From a virus (Duplodnaviria; Caudoviricetes), in the IMG/VR virus record IMGVR_UViG_3300012921_000077, positions 1-53,803 of that record: 53,803 bases of DNA, one strand, 5' to 3'. Each line of letters begins with the position of its first letter. The stretch's first letter is position 1. This document shows, in pieces, positions 16,979 to 26,910 of the stretch. The position numbers were made by a program, and so were the translations under genes. The notes beneath the pieces were generated by a model. That model saw nothing but the letters and a program-made list of their open reading frames with translations. It did no database searches and was not told where the DNA came from.

Positions 16979-19243
16979 TCAGTTGCGCTTGACGATGTTC
17001 GTGTCGCGCGCCGAGTCGGTCGACGGGTTGCCGCCGGCGCCCTCGCGCGCACCCTCGCGGACGGCGTCGGCGATCGCGCGCTTGATGCCTTCCTGATCGA
17101 TGATGTCCCGCGCCGCGAACGCCTTTCGGAGCTCCTCAGCGCTCGTGTTCTTCTCGCCGGTGACGGCCGAGTAGACGGCGTTCACCGGCGTCATCGCCGC
17201 GGCGCCGTACATCCGCGCGAAGCCCGACGCGCCGCCGTAGCGGTCCTGCATGCCCTTCAGCTGAGCGATCGCTTCTTCGCGCGCGGCGCCGCCCTGCTTG
17301 ATGCCGGCTTCGAGCTGCCCGCCCTGGTACTGCGCATCCGTCTGGCCGCTCAGGATGGCGTCCACGCCCGGGCGCACCGCGAGGTACGTCGCCGCGCCGG
17401 CTGCTGCGCCCGCTCCGAGCGCCGCGCCTACGCCACCGCCTGCTGCGCCTCCGGCGCCCGCAGCGCCGCCTCCGGCGCCGCCCAGACTGCCCGAGATGGC
17501 GCGCTTGATGAGGTCCCCGATGGCCGCCTTGGCGAGCTCGCTCGTGATCGACAGCGTCACCGCCGCCGCGAGCCCCGCGAACGGGTGCTCGGTCGCCCAG
17601 TCGGCGACCTTCACGACGCCGTCGAGGAACCGCTGCAGCGTAGGCGTGAGGCGCTGCATGATCGGGATGAACTTCGCGAACTCCGGAATCAGCTTGTCGC
17701 CGACCTCGGCCTTCAGCGTCCGAACCGCGCGCTCGAAGCCTTCCGCGCTCGTCTTCATGACGACGCCGAAGTCCTGCTCGAGCGTGTTCTCGTCGTACTT
17801 CGCCGTCGTGACGGCGCCGATGTCCTTCAGGACCGCGGCGCGACCGGCCGCGCGGCCCGCGGCGGTGCCACGACCCGCCTGCGTCTCGGCCTCCTCGAAC
17901 GTCGGGGCGAGCGCCTGGAACATCTTCATGCTCCGCGCGCCGAAGCCCATCGACTGGATCTTCGCCATGTTGCCGCCCGTCTTTTCCATGACGTCGGCGA
18001 GGAACTCCTCGGGGCCCTTGGCGATCTGGCCGCGGTCGTTCAGGAAGTCTTTGCCGATGACGGCACCGACCTTGTCGGCGTGCTTCGTCGCGTCCGCCGA
18101 GAGGTTCGAGAGCACCGTCGCCGACTCGTCGACCGAGCCCGACGTACGGATGGCGATCTGCGCGAGCCCGAGCAGCTTCCGCTGGTTGTCGGTCTGGTTG
18201 CCGGCGAACGACGACGAGGTGCGGGTGATCTTGCCCGCGCTGCGCGCGAGGTCCTCGAACTCGACCGCGCCCTGCTTGCCCTGCATGACGACGTCGAGAA
18301 GCAGCTGCTTCATCGCGCTCTCGTCGAGGTTCTTGTTCTGGACGCGCAGGATACCGGCGGTCTTCGCGACGTCGCCGAACGACGTGCCGCTCGACTTCGC
18401 GAGCTTGCCGAAGAACTGCATGTTGCCCATGCCGCCGGCGAAGTCGGAGGACTTCGCGACGTAGGCGCGCGTGCCCTCGACGAGCTCGTTCGCATCGAGC
18501 CCGGTCGCCACGGACGCGGCGCGCGCCTGCGCGACGATCTTGGCGACGTCCGGGCGCTGGTTCTTCCCGGGGAGGTACGCGCTGTTCGACAGCAGCGCGG
18601 CGCTGCGCTCGAGGTTCGCGCTCTCTGAGAGCGAGTCGGCGAGCGAGTAGCCGCCGCCGAGCTGCATCATCGTGCCAGCGAGACGCGTCGCGCCGCTCCG
18701 GACCATGCCGACGGCGTTCGACGTCGCGCTCATGATGCGCCCGCCCCAACGGTCGCCGAAGCGCTCGTTTTCGCGGAGCTGCCGCGCCTCGGCGCGCGCG
18801 GCACCGCGGGACCACCGCTGCGCTGCGCGCGCCTCCTCGCGAGCCTGGCGCTCGGCGTACTGCCCGGCCATCGTTGCCGAGCGTTCGCGGATGCGCGCGA
18901 TCGCGGCAGCGCTCTTCTCGGCGGCGCGGACCTTCGCCTGCTCGGCGCGTTCTGCTTCACGCGTCTCGCGCGAGAACGTCTGCGACGCAGCTCGCGCAGC
19001 CCGCTCGCGCGCGCGCACCTTTGCCTGCTCGGCGCGCTCGGTGTCGCGCTGGGCCTGCTTCGCCCACCGGTCGGCCTCGCGCGCGAGCCGCTGGTACTCG
19101 CGCTCCTTCGCGCTGCGCCCCTGCGAGACGACGCGCGTGGTCGTGCGCTCGCCAGCAGCGATCGTGTCGTGCACCGACCGAAACGCGCGCTGGATGTCGG
19201 GCATCCCTCGCGCGACGAAGTCGATGTAGACGGGCGCGGCCAT
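16979..19243 (-). CDS. Tail tape measure protein
   Basis: 754 aa helical Ala-rich protein after tube and chaperone; QGKQGAVEFEDLA core motif. Confidence 0.9.
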   Translation of the reverse strand: MAAPVYIDFVARGMPDIQRAFRSVHDTIAAGERTTTRVVSQGRSAKEREYQRLAREADRWAKQAQRDTERAEQAKVRARERAARAASQTFSRETREAERAEQAKVRAAEKSAAAIARIRERSATMAGQYAERQAREEARAAQRWSRGAARAEARQLRENERFGDRWGGRIMSATSNAVGMVRSGATRLAGTMMQLGGGYSLADSLSESANLERSAALLSNSAYLPGKNQRPDVAKIVAQARAASVATGLDANELVEGTRAYVAKSSDFAGGMGNMQFFGKLAKSSGTSFGDVAKTAGILRVQNKNLDESAMKQLLLDVVMQGKQGAVEFEDLARSAGKITRTSSSFAGNQTDNQRKLLGLAQIAIRTSGSVDESATVLSNLSADATKHADKVGAVIGKDFLNDRGQIAKGPEEFLADVMEKTGGNMAKIQSMGFGARSMKMFQALAPTFEEAETQAGRGTAAGRAAGRAAVLKDIGAVTTAKYDENTLEQDFGVVMKTSAEGFERAVRTLKAEVGDKLIPEFAKFIPIMQRLTPTLQRFLDGVVKVADWATEHPFAGLAAAVTLSITSELAKAAIGDLIKRAISGSLGGAGGGAAGAGGAAGGGVGAALGAGAAAGAATYLAVRPGVDAILSGQTDAQYQGGQLEAGIKQGGAAREEAIAQLKGMQDRYGGASGFARMYGAAAMTPVNAVYSAVTGEKNTSAEELRKAFAARDIIDQEGIKRAIADAVREGAREGAGGNPSTDSARDTNIVKRN

Positions 19244-19246
19244 GGG

Positions 19247-19903
19247 TCAGGTCTCCGGCGAGCTCTCCTCGGTGTCGTCACTTCCCGGCAGCGGGGAACC
19301 CTCGTCGAGCGGCGAGCCAGCAGAGAACGTGTCCGTCGAGGATGTCACTGCTCGGGACGCCAAAAAACGCACCAGGGTCAGTTGCATTTCCAAGGAGAGC
19401 AAAGCGAAAGGGGCGGCTGCCGACCCTCCCTTTTGCAGCTCGACGAGCCACTGCTCGAGCTCCTCGTCGGAGAGTGCGGTGATCGTCGGCCCGAGCTCCA
19501 CCTGCACGACGCAGTAGAGCCGGTAAAGCGCCGCGACCTCTTCGACGGCGAGCGTCTCGCGCATCTTCGCCGCGCTCGGGAACGCCGGCTTCGAGAGGTC
19601 GCCCGGCACGCGGCACGCGCGGAGGAGGACCTGAATCGAACCCTCCGTGGAGAACGTGTGCTCGTAGCCGAAGTTCGCCTCGCCCTTCTGCTGCGCCTCC
19701 TTCAGGAGGCGCTTGGCGAAGCGGTCGGCCTCGACGTTCGCGGCGATCTGCTCTTGCGCGGTGAGCGGCCAGATCGCGACCTGACCGATCGCGTTGCCGT
19801 CGTCGCCCTTGCGAGGGAAGTCGACGACCTCGAAGGGTCGCGGCATCGCCTCGAGCTTCGTCCAGAGCTCGCTCGGCGGAACGTTAGGAGGCGGTGCCGC
19901 CAT
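19247..19903 (-). CDS. Tail assembly chaperone (probable programmed -1 frameshift)
   Basis: Between tube and tape measure; in-phase slippery heptamers near the 3' end. Confidence 0.8.
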   Translation of the reverse strand: MAAPPPNVPPSELWTKLEAMPRPFEVVDFPRKGDDGNAIGQVAIWPLTAQEQIAANVEADRFAKRLLKEAQQKGEANFGYEHTFSTEGSIQVLLRACRVPGDLSKPAFPSAAKMRETLAVEEVAALYRLYCVVQVELGPTITALSDEELEQWLVELQKGGSAAAPFALLSLEMQLTLVRFLASRAVTSSTDTFSAGSPLDEGSPLPGSDDTEESSPET

Positions 19904-19906
19904 GCA

Positions 19907-20272
19907 TCACTCCCAGGCCGCGAGCGGGCCGAGCAGCGAGATGCTGAGACCGGCCGACTGCCCGACGCCCGCCGTGAAGTCGCCGCCCATGACGACCATC
20001 TTCGACGTCATCTGGCGGTTCGCCGCGACGACGCCAACGTTCACGACGCGGCCCGTCTGCATGTACGGGTCGGGGTTCACCTCGAAGTCGGCCGACGGCA
20101 CCGCCGAGTCGATGGTGATCTCGCACTGCTGCGCGCCGAGCGTGATGCCGGCGAGGCCCTTGGCGAGTGTCGCGACGACGTTGTGGTTCGGGTTCTTGTT
20201 GACGCGGACGGTGGCCGCCTCCGCGAGGATCTTGTCGTCGAAGGTGACGTAGCAGTTCGTGTAGATGTCCAT
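19907..20272 (-). CDS. Tail tube protein
   Basis: 121 aa beta-rich protein immediately after the sheath. Confidence 0.8.
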   Translation of the reverse strand: MDIYTNCYVTFDDKILAEAATVRVNKNPNHNVVATLAKGLAGITLGAQQCEITIDSAVPSADFEVNPDPYMQTGRVVNVGVVAANRQMTSKMVVMGGDFTAGVGQSAGLSISLLGPLAAWE

Positions 20273-21807
20273 CACGCCACCTGGTCCACGATGACCGCCG
20301 CCTGGCGGAAGTTGTCGATCGTCTGCAGGGGCACGCGGAAGCCCATGCGGCTCGTCGGGTTCGTCTCACGCTGGACGACGGAGCCCTTCTTGATGTCGTC
20401 CGGACGCTGGACCTTTCGGTTGTCGAAGAACTCGTTGACCGTCGCGTAGAGGATCATCTTTCCCTGACGCGGCGTGAACTCGTCCGGGTGCGGAGCGACG
20501 CCGTTCGGCGGATCGTCGCCGATGACCTTGCCGTCGCCGGCCTCTGCGATGCGCGCTGTGAGGCGGTCGCCGAAGCGGTCGCAGATCGTGACCTTGGGCG
20601 CCTCGCGAATGCGCGGGTCCGGCGTCGCGCCGTTCAGCGAGCGCGTCGTGAAGCGATCGACAATGTACGTCGAGCCCGACTGGTTCACAGCGATCGGCGT
20701 TCCGCCGTTCTGCAGGATGCTCCGCTGCGTCGCAGGCGTCGGGTGCGCGCTCGCCACGCGCGAAGGAGGCATCTTCCAGAGCGGCGCGGTCCGCGCGCTG
20801 TTGCCATAGCCGATGAAGTTCGTGCGGAACGCGAGCTCGTCCGCCTCCTCCATCGCGTAGACGGCCGCGGCGTTCGCGGCGATCTCGGCCGGCGTCCACG
20901 GGCTCTTTTCGGAGTGGATGATCTCGACGCGCGGGCTGTTCAGGCCGACGGCGAGCGTGATGAAGTTCGCGGGCGTGTCGACCGAGCCTGCGAACACGCG
21001 CTGGCGGATGCCGTTCAGCGCGAGCGCCTGCGTCTCGACCTGGCTCTTCAGCGCGCCGAGCTGCGTCGCGTCCTCGGCCGCCGAAACGATGTAGTAGAAC
21101 CACTTCGACGCGATCGTCGTGAGCGCCGCCGCGTTCGAGTCGGCAGTCGTACCGCCGGTCAGGAACGCGTCGGTCGTTGCCGTCGTGGTCGTGCCGATCG
21201 AGGAGTTCGCGATGATCTGCGCCTGGAACCGGATCAGGTTCCCGCGCAGGCCGTTCTGCTTCGCCGTCAGCGTGACGACGCCGGCGGCGTTCGCGGCCGT
21301 GACCGGCCAGTGCGTCTTCGCGTTGACGTTCGCGACGATGGCCGCAGCGATCGTCGTCGGGGCGTCGTTCGTGTTGATGCCCGTGTCGACGTACTCGTCA
21401 CCGACGAAGAGCCGGTGCGTCGCCGGCCCGGTCGCGTTCGTCGCGATCGTGACGGTGCCCGTCGCCTTCGCGCCGCCGCTCTCCGTCACGAAGAGCCAGT
21501 AGACCGGCGGGCCGTTCTCGCCGCCCGTGACCGCGGCGATGCGGCGGTGCATGCGGTGCGCTTCCGAACCGGGGCCGCCGAGCGCGATCATCTGCGAATC
21601 GCTGACGAGCTGCACCGCGGTATCCGGTCCGTAGATGACCGTGTCGGGCGTCGCCGCGCCGGCCGCCGTCTTGTTCGCGAGCACGAGGATCGCGCGGCGG
21701 AGACCGCTGCCGAGCCCGGAGCCCTGCGCGAAGTTGATCTCGAGGTAGACGCCGGGGAGGACCTCACCGGAGGTGAGGCCGACCGGTGCGATTGCGGGAG
21801 CGGCCAT
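20272..21807 (-). CDS. Contractile tail sheath protein (Mu gpL-like)
   Basis: PGVYLEINF, G.GSEAHRM, VVTLTAKQNGLRGN, GGTPI motifs; 511 aa. Confidence 0.92.
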   Translation of the reverse strand: MAAPAIAPVGLTSGEVLPGVYLEINFAQGSGLGSGLRRAILVLANKTAAGAATPDTVIYGPDTAVQLVSDSQMIALGGPGSEAHRMHRRIAAVTGGENGPPVYWLFVTESGGAKATGTVTIATNATGPATHRLFVGDEYVDTGINTNDAPTTIAAAIVANVNAKTHWPVTAANAAGVVTLTAKQNGLRGNLIRFQAQIIANSSIGTTTTATTDAFLTGGTTADSNAAALTTIASKWFYYIVSAAEDATQLGALKSQVETQALALNGIRQRVFAGSVDTPANFITLAVGLNSPRVEIIHSEKSPWTPAEIAANAAAVYAMEEADELAFRTNFIGYGNSARTAPLWKMPPSRVASAHPTPATQRSILQNGGTPIAVNQSGSTYIVDRFTTRSLNGATPDPRIREAPKVTICDRFGDRLTARIAEAGDGKVIGDDPPNGVAPHPDEFTPRQGKMILYATVNEFFDNRKVQRPDDIKKGSVVQRETNPTSRMGFRVPLQTIDNFRQAAVIVDQVA

Positions 21808-22187
21808 CAGCGATCACCGTTGTGCTTCGGGGAGGGGGAAGGGGCGTGGAGCTCGTCGCGCGTCGGAGGCGGCGGCGGAACGGCGGGGCGCGCCTGCGCC
21901 GTCAGCGTCTCGTCGGACAGACCGGCGGCCTTCGCCGTGGCGGCGTCGGCCGCGAGCAGGTCGCCGTCGAGCAGCGCCTTCACGTACTCGGGCCGGTAGG
22001 GCACCTCTTCGACCTCGCCCGTGGCGATGAAGCCGAACTGCCCGGGCTTGTCGGCGAGCTCGCCGAAGCGATGCCCGATGAAGGCGTTCGTTCCCGCCTC
22101 GAGGCGCTCGTAGTTCTGGACGAGCGGAGGCGCTCCGCCCTCGGTCCTCGGCCCTCGCGCGCGGACGCGCAGCGTGCTCGGTTGCAT
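21807..22187 (-). CDS. Small protein before the sheath (Mu gp38/DUF2635-like)
   Basis: EEVPYRPEYVKALLDGDLL motif and position. Confidence 0.65.
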   Translation of the reverse strand: MQPSTLRVRARGPRTEGGAPPLVQNYERLEAGTNAFIGHRFGELADKPGQFGFIATGEVEEVPYRPEYVKALLDGDLLAADAATAKAAGLSDETLTAQARPAVPPPPPTRDELHAPSPSPKHNGDR

Positions 22188-22223
22188 GCTCTTCTCCTGA
22201 GTCTGCGTGCGCGATGGCGCGCG

Positions 22224-22955
22224 CTACGTGTGGTTCGTCTCGGTCGTGACGAAGTCTTCGATGGGATCGTCAGGGTCGTCGGCGAGGTCGATCGCGATGT
22301 TCGCGCCGCCGAACGGCTCGTAGGCGCCGGCAACCGGCGTGTCGCGCTCGACGAGCTCGATGGTGCCCGTCACCGCGCGGAAGAACTGCTCGGCGTTGTT
22401 CGCCTGTGCGCTCTGCATGCGCTCGTACCGCTCGTACTTCGCCGAGACGAGTCGCACGGACATAATGCCCGCGTCCTTCAGGACCTCGGCACCATTCGCG
22501 TAGTCGCGGTGGAAGCCGTCGCGGAGCGACTTCGCGATGACGCGCACGACGCCGCGCAAGATCGCCGCGAGCGCTTCCTGCTGTCCGGGCATCAGCGCAG
22601 GCAGCACGTACGCGAACTCGAGCTCGCCGACGCTCTTGTCGATCGCGAGCGTGTGACGCGCGTACGTCTCGCTCTTGCGCCAGACGGTGAAGAACGGGAA
22701 GCGCACGCGGTCGGCGTAGAGCGCCGGCACGGGCTCGACGGTCGCCGTCGTGTGCACGATGCTCTGATCTTTCAGCCCGATGCGCGCCGCGTACTCACGG
22801 AACGCTGGCGTGAGGTGCAGATCGAGCGTCGCCGCGAGGAACTGAAGCACCGCCCAGAGGCCCGGATCGGTCCTCGCGATGAGCGGCGTCGACGTGTCGT
22901 CGGCGAGCGGGTAGACGGCGCCGCCGTGGCCGAACGTTCGATCTTCGGCCGGCAT
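22224..22955 (-). CDS. Tail terminator/neck protein
   Basis: 243 aa ORF in the canonical position before the sheath. Confidence 0.65.
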   Translation of the reverse strand: MPAEDRTFGHGGAVYPLADDTSTPLIARTDPGLWAVLQFLAATLDLHLTPAFREYAARIGLKDQSIVHTTATVEPVPALYADRVRFPFFTVWRKSETYARHTLAIDKSVGELEFAYVLPALMPGQQEALAAILRGVVRVIAKSLRDGFHRDYANGAEVLKDAGIMSVRLVSAKYERYERMQSAQANNAEQFFRAVTGTIELVERDTPVAGAYEPFGGANIAIDLADDPDDPIEDFVTTETNHT

Positions 22956-22956
22956 G

Positions 22957-23397
22957 TCAGGGGTACTTCACGGCGCGTTCAGCGCCCTCGTTCAGGACGA
23001 CACTCATCGCCTGGCTGCCCGCCGCGCCTGCGTTCTCGAGCACCGGTCGCTTTGCCGTGCCGGGATGGTTCACGCGGCGCGCGAAGATCACGCGCCCGCC
23101 GATGACGAACCGCAGGTACGGCGCGTTCCTCGGCAGGATGACGTGCGCGCGCGTACCGCCCGTGACGTAGCGCGCGTGCTTCGCGCGGAAAATGAGCCGC
23201 TTCCGGTACGCGCCGAGGTCGACGATGTCCGTCGTCCCCCGGAGCTCGCCGGTGCGATCCTTGTAGAGCGTCGTCTCGCGCGCGTTGCGGTACGCGATCT
23301 TCGCTACCTCGGCCATGCCGAGGCGCGCTTCGTCGAGCACGCGCCGCTCGATCGTTGCGAGGTTCCGCAGGCACTCCGACGCGTCGATGCGGATCAT
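22957..23397 (-). CDS. Tail completion/neck protein (HK97 gp10-like)
   Basis: RTGELR...ARYVTGGTRAHVI...VNHPGT..RP motif. Confidence 0.8.
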   Translation of the reverse strand: MIRIDASECLRNLATIERRVLDEARLGMAEVAKIAYRNARETTLYKDRTGELRGTTDIVDLGAYRKRLIFRAKHARYVTGGTRAHVILPRNAPYLRFVIGGRVIFARRVNHPGTAKRPVLENAGAAGSQAMSVVLNEGAERAVKYP

Positions 23398-23861
23398 CGG
23401 TTGAACTCGCCCATGTCGTCGAAGACGCGCGGGCGCTCCTCACCACTGACCCCGCACGCGGGGCTCGGTCGCGCGACGCCGCCGAGGCCGGCGGGCGTGC
23501 CCGCGGTCGCCGGCAGCCGCTGCTGCACGGACGCGTACCGCTTCATCTTCGCGACCGCAGCGTCGTAGAAGTCCTTGAACGGGTTCGCGCCGAGCGTGTG
23601 CGCGAGCTCCGGCCGCCGGCGCGCCGCGTAGGCGCAGCAGAAGTCCAGAGCCGCGAACTTCACCTCGTCCGGAGGCGAGGTGAAGGGCACCGAGGCGCCG
23701 TACACGCCGCGCAGGAACGAGTTGCACTCGGCATCGCCGTACGCGAGACACGCCGTGATCGCGGCGGTCTCCGGCGCGCCATCGTTGTCATCGTCGAAGA
23801 TCGCCGTGACGAGCGACGCGCCGAGTGCGTTCTCGAGGTCCTGTTGCGAGATGTACGGCAT
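23394..23861 (-). CDS. Head-tail adaptor (Mu gp36/DUF1320-like)
   Basis: MPYISQQDLE...AECNSFL...Y..VPF...P pattern. Confidence 0.8.
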   Translation of the reverse strand: MPYISQQDLENALGASLVTAIFDDDNDGAPETAAITACLAYGDAECNSFLRGVYGASVPFTSPPDEVKFAALDFCCAYAARRRPELAHTLGANPFKDFYDAAVAKMKRYASVQQRLPATAGTPAGLGGVARPSPACGVSGEERPRVFDDMGEFNR

Positions 23862-23865
23862 GGCC

Positions 23866-24273
23866 TCAGCGCGCCGGCTTCACCGCATCGCCGAGCGACT
23901 CGGCTTCCTCGGCGTCGAGCTCGACGATGTCGCCAGGCTCGAAGGTCCCCGTCTTCGTCGTCTTGCCGTCGCGGTCGAACGCCGTCGCCGTGGTGATGCG
24001 GCTGACGACTTCGTACTTGCCGCCGCGCGCGGAGCGGCGCGCGGGGCGAGACTTCGCCTTTGCGGGGTCCGCGAACTTCGGGGAGCCGTCCGGGAGGTTC
24101 GACTCCACGGTGTTCGGGGGCACGTGCGTCGACTTCTGGTCGGGGTCGCCGCCGCCGCCGATCCCCGTCATGCCCATCGGCATGTTCTCCGAGCCGCCGC
24201 CGACGCCTGCGTTCACGGGCGCGGGCTCCTGCTTGTGAGCCGTCGAGCCTTCTTCGATCTTGTTCTTGCTCAT
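23866..24273 (-). CDS. Capsid-adjacent small protein (Mu gp35-like)
   Basis: C-terminal FEPGDIVELDAEEAESL motif; GGAGG RBS; directly after the major capsid gene. Confidence 0.65.
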   Translation of the reverse strand: MSKNKIEEGSTAHKQEPAPVNAGVGGGSENMPMGMTGIGGGGDPDQKSTHVPPNTVESNLPDGSPKFADPAKAKSRPARRSARGGKYEVVSRITTATAFDRDGKTTKTGTFEPGDIVELDAEEAESLGDAVKPAR

Positions 24274-24287
24274 GACGTCCCTCCGGC

Positions 24288-25373
24288 TCAGCCGATGACC
24301 GTGGTGATGAGGAATCCGGTGTCCGGAGCGACGACCTTGTGCGTCTCTTCGACGCTGGCCTTCGCCCAGTAGCCGCCCTTCGCGCCGATCATCGGGTCGA
24401 ACACCTGCGCGGTGTCGATCTGACCGAATCGGAACGTGAAGCCGAAGCTCGCGTTCCGGACGCTCGGCGTCGTCGCGACGCGCACGAGACCGAAGACGTC
24501 GCCCCAGATGCGGCTGTACGAAGCCGCCTGGCCCTCGTTCGCCGTGTCCTTGCGGGCGGCGCCGATGAGGAGCTCGTCGATGCCGAAGTAGTTCGCCCAC
24601 TGCTCCGGACGAAGGAGGCCGTCCTTCGTGTACTGGAACATGTTCTGGAGCTGCGTGTTCGACTGCATCGCGGTCCACGCCGCGAGGCTCGTGAACGCGA
24701 CGACCTTGCCGGGACCCCGGCCGGTCCAGAGTGCGTTGCGCGCCGCCTGGATGTCGCCGATCGGATTCGAGCCCGCGTCGTCCCAGCGCACGGTCGAGCC
24801 GAGCGCCGTCGTGTTGCCGCCATAGTTCGCCGAGTTCGTGAGGATCGCCGCGATGCGGAGCTCCTCGCGGAACGAGAGCGCCTCGACGAGGCCGCCCGTC
24901 GCGTCGGCGAGGTCGTCGAGCGGCGCGTCTGCGTTCTGCAGCTCGCTGTTGTCGACGAAGTCCTTGTAGCCGTACGCCAGCGTCGTGAACGACGCCGTGT
25001 TGCGCGAGCGCGTGATCTCGTTCGGCGATCCGCGAACGCCGAGCTGGTCGTCGGGGTACGCGAGCTGCGCACGCTTGTCGTACGTGAAGTACGTGCCCGT
25101 CTTGTTCTGCACCGGGATGATCGGCATCAGGCGCGTGCCGATGTAATCCTCGTTCCGGTACTGCACCGACATGTTCGAGATCGTCGCATCGACGTGCGAG
25201 ATCCCGGGCGTGAGCGCCTTCGCGCGAAGGGCTGCGTTCGCCTGCGCGACGAGCTCCTTGTTCGAAGGGTTGCGGATGCCCTCGAGTGCCTTCGCGACAC
25301 TGTTCGTGGGCTTGGAGGCGCCTTCGCCCTTTTCGCGGGCCCAGACGTCGTAGAGGTTCGTGTAGAAAGCCAT
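24288..25373 (-). CDS. Major capsid protein
   Basis: VDATISNMSVQYRN..YIG..LMP, IWGD, SFGFTF, VVAPDTGFLI motifs; AGGAG RBS. Confidence 0.92.
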   Translation of the reverse strand: MAFYTNLYDVWAREKGEGASKPTNSVAKALEGIRNPSNKELVAQANAALRAKALTPGISHVDATISNMSVQYRNEDYIGTRLMPIIPVQNKTGTYFTYDKRAQLAYPDDQLGVRGSPNEITRSRNTASFTTLAYGYKDFVDNSELQNADAPLDDLADATGGLVEALSFREELRIAAILTNSANYGGNTTALGSTVRWDDAGSNPIGDIQAARNALWTGRGPGKVVAFTSLAAWTAMQSNTQLQNMFQYTKDGLLRPEQWANYFGIDELLIGAARKDTANEGQAASYSRIWGDVFGLVRVATTPSVRNASFGFTFRFGQIDTAQVFDPMIGAKGGYWAKASVEETHKVVAPDTGFLITTVIG

Positions 25374-25384
25374 CGTAGATCTCC

Positions 25385-25795
25385 TCAGGCCGAGACGGCT
25401 GCGAAGGGGGAGAAGCGGAGGCCGACGACGTCGCCCGCCACGCCGGTTTGGAGGAACTTGCCGACGATGTGCCGGACGACCGTGCCGCCACCGAGCGCGG
25501 CGCTGTTGGTGACGCCGTCAGCGACGACGACCGCGTACGAGCCGCGCGTCGCGCCGCCCGTGCCGACCTTCACCTTGACGAGGCCGTCCCCCATGAGGAC
25601 CTGCACGCGCTCGCCGGCGGCCTTGGTCTCGAGGGCGATGCCGTCGCACGAAGCGCCGGCGGCGGTGGTGAGCACCTCTTCGTCCGCCGAAGCGAACGAA
25701 ACGGGGCGTCCCTCGGTCGCGGACTGACCCGCCGCGACGGTGAACGTCTTGATGTACGGCCCGGGGCCGAGGTCCAGCAGAGCTCGAACAGCCAT
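25385..25795 (-). CDS. Capsid decoration/cement protein (DUF2190-like)
   Basis: GIALETKAAGERVQV...GKFLQTGVAGDVV; between protease and major capsid gene. Confidence 0.8.
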   Translation of the reverse strand: MAVRALLDLGPGPYIKTFTVAAGQSATEGRPVSFASADEEVLTTAAGASCDGIALETKAAGERVQVLMGDGLVKVKVGTGGATRGSYAVVVADGVTNSAALGGGTVVRHIVGKFLQTGVAGDVVGLRFSPFAAVSA

Positions 25796-25815
25796 GTTCT
25801 CGTTCCTCTCTCAGC

Positions 25816-26769
25816 TCAGGAGCTGAAGATCTTCGCGGCGAGCTCGCCGCCGTTGGCGTTGGTGGGGGCGTCGATGACGGGTTTCGGCGCCGTCTTGCTG
25901 TCGGTCACGACCGGACCGCCGAGGAGCTTCATCTCCGGACGCGCGGCGACCATGCGCTCGAACATCGGGCGGTTCGTCTGCGCGAGCGCGACGAAGTCGT
26001 CCTTCTCCGCCGGCGTGATCTTCACGCCGACGAGCTGCGCGACCTCCGCCTCGACAGATGCCTTCTCGGCCTTGTCGGCGCGCGCCTTCTGCGCGTCGCG
26101 GTCTTCGGTGAGCGCCCGGATCGTGCCTTCGGCGGCAGCGAGGGCGGCTTTCGTCGACGTCGCCTCCCTCTGCGCGTCGGCGAGCGTCTTCTGCGAAATG
26201 TCGAGCTCCGCGTTGCTCTTGGCGAGTGCCGCGGCGTACTCCTCGATGGTCTTCATCGTGTCCTTCTCCTTGGGGTGTCCGTCGACGACGCCGCGCGCCT
26301 TCGACTTCATCTTCGCGAGCGCCTCGGGGTTCGCCGGGATCGGCACCACCGAGATCTCGTGCAGCTCGTTGTCGGAGAGCACGAACACCTCGCGGCCATC
26401 GCGCTTCTCCCAGCGGTAGTCGTTCGGGACGAAGCCGACGCTCACCGCGCGGAGCGTTCCTTCCTCGATGCTCTTCCAGACGTTCTCGGCGAGCGGGTTC
26501 GCTGCAGCCGACGCGATCTGGATCGTGCACTCGAGCTGCTTCCGCCCGTTGACGTCCGCGACCTCGACGCGCGTTGCCTTGCCGATTGGAAGATCGCGGC
26601 TGTTGTGGCCGAAGAGGATGACCGGGTTCGACTTGAATCGATCGAGGCGCCAGACCTGCTCGACGATGTCGCCGTACGAGTCGATCGCGTCGGTGCTCGC
26701 GACGAAGTCGACCGAGCGCGTGTCCTTGCTGATCGAACGAAGCTCGAGCCCGCGCGATACGAGGCTCAT
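25816..26769 (-). CDS. HK97-type prohead protease fused to a scaffold domain
   Basis: VASTDAIDSYGDIV, NPVILFGHN, PIGK, AVSVGF, ELHEISVVPIPANPEA; coiled-coil C-terminus. Confidence 0.93.
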   Translation of the reverse strand: MSLVSRGLELRSISKDTRSVDFVASTDAIDSYGDIVEQVWRLDRFKSNPVILFGHNSRDLPIGKATRVEVADVNGRKQLECTIQIASAAANPLAENVWKSIEEGTLRAVSVGFVPNDYRWEKRDGREVFVLSDNELHEISVVPIPANPEALAKMKSKARGVVDGHPKEKDTMKTIEEYAAALAKSNAELDISQKTLADAQREATSTKAALAAAEGTIRALTEDRDAQKARADKAEKASVEAEVAQLVGVKITPAEKDDFVALAQTNRPMFERMVAARPEMKLLGGPVVTDSKTAPKPVIDAPTNANGGELAAKIFSS

Positions 26770-26909
26770 CGACGCACCTTCCCGGGGTCGTGGCCCTTGA
26801 TGCTGTCGCGGAGCTCCTCGGCGTCGACCATGCGGTGCGAGCGCGGGGTTCCCGGCACCTTCCGCGGGGCTTTCGCGGGGCGCTTCGTCGTCTTCTTCTT
26901 CGCTGCCAT
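26766..26909 (-). CDS. 47 aa basic protein (not in ORF track)
   Basis: MAAKKKTTKRPAKAPRKVPG...; fills the portal-protease gap with an ATGA overlap. Confidence 0.55.
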   Translation of the reverse strand: MAAKKKTTKRPAKAPRKVPGTPRSHRMVDAEELRDSIKGHDPGKVRR

Positions 26910-26910
26910 G

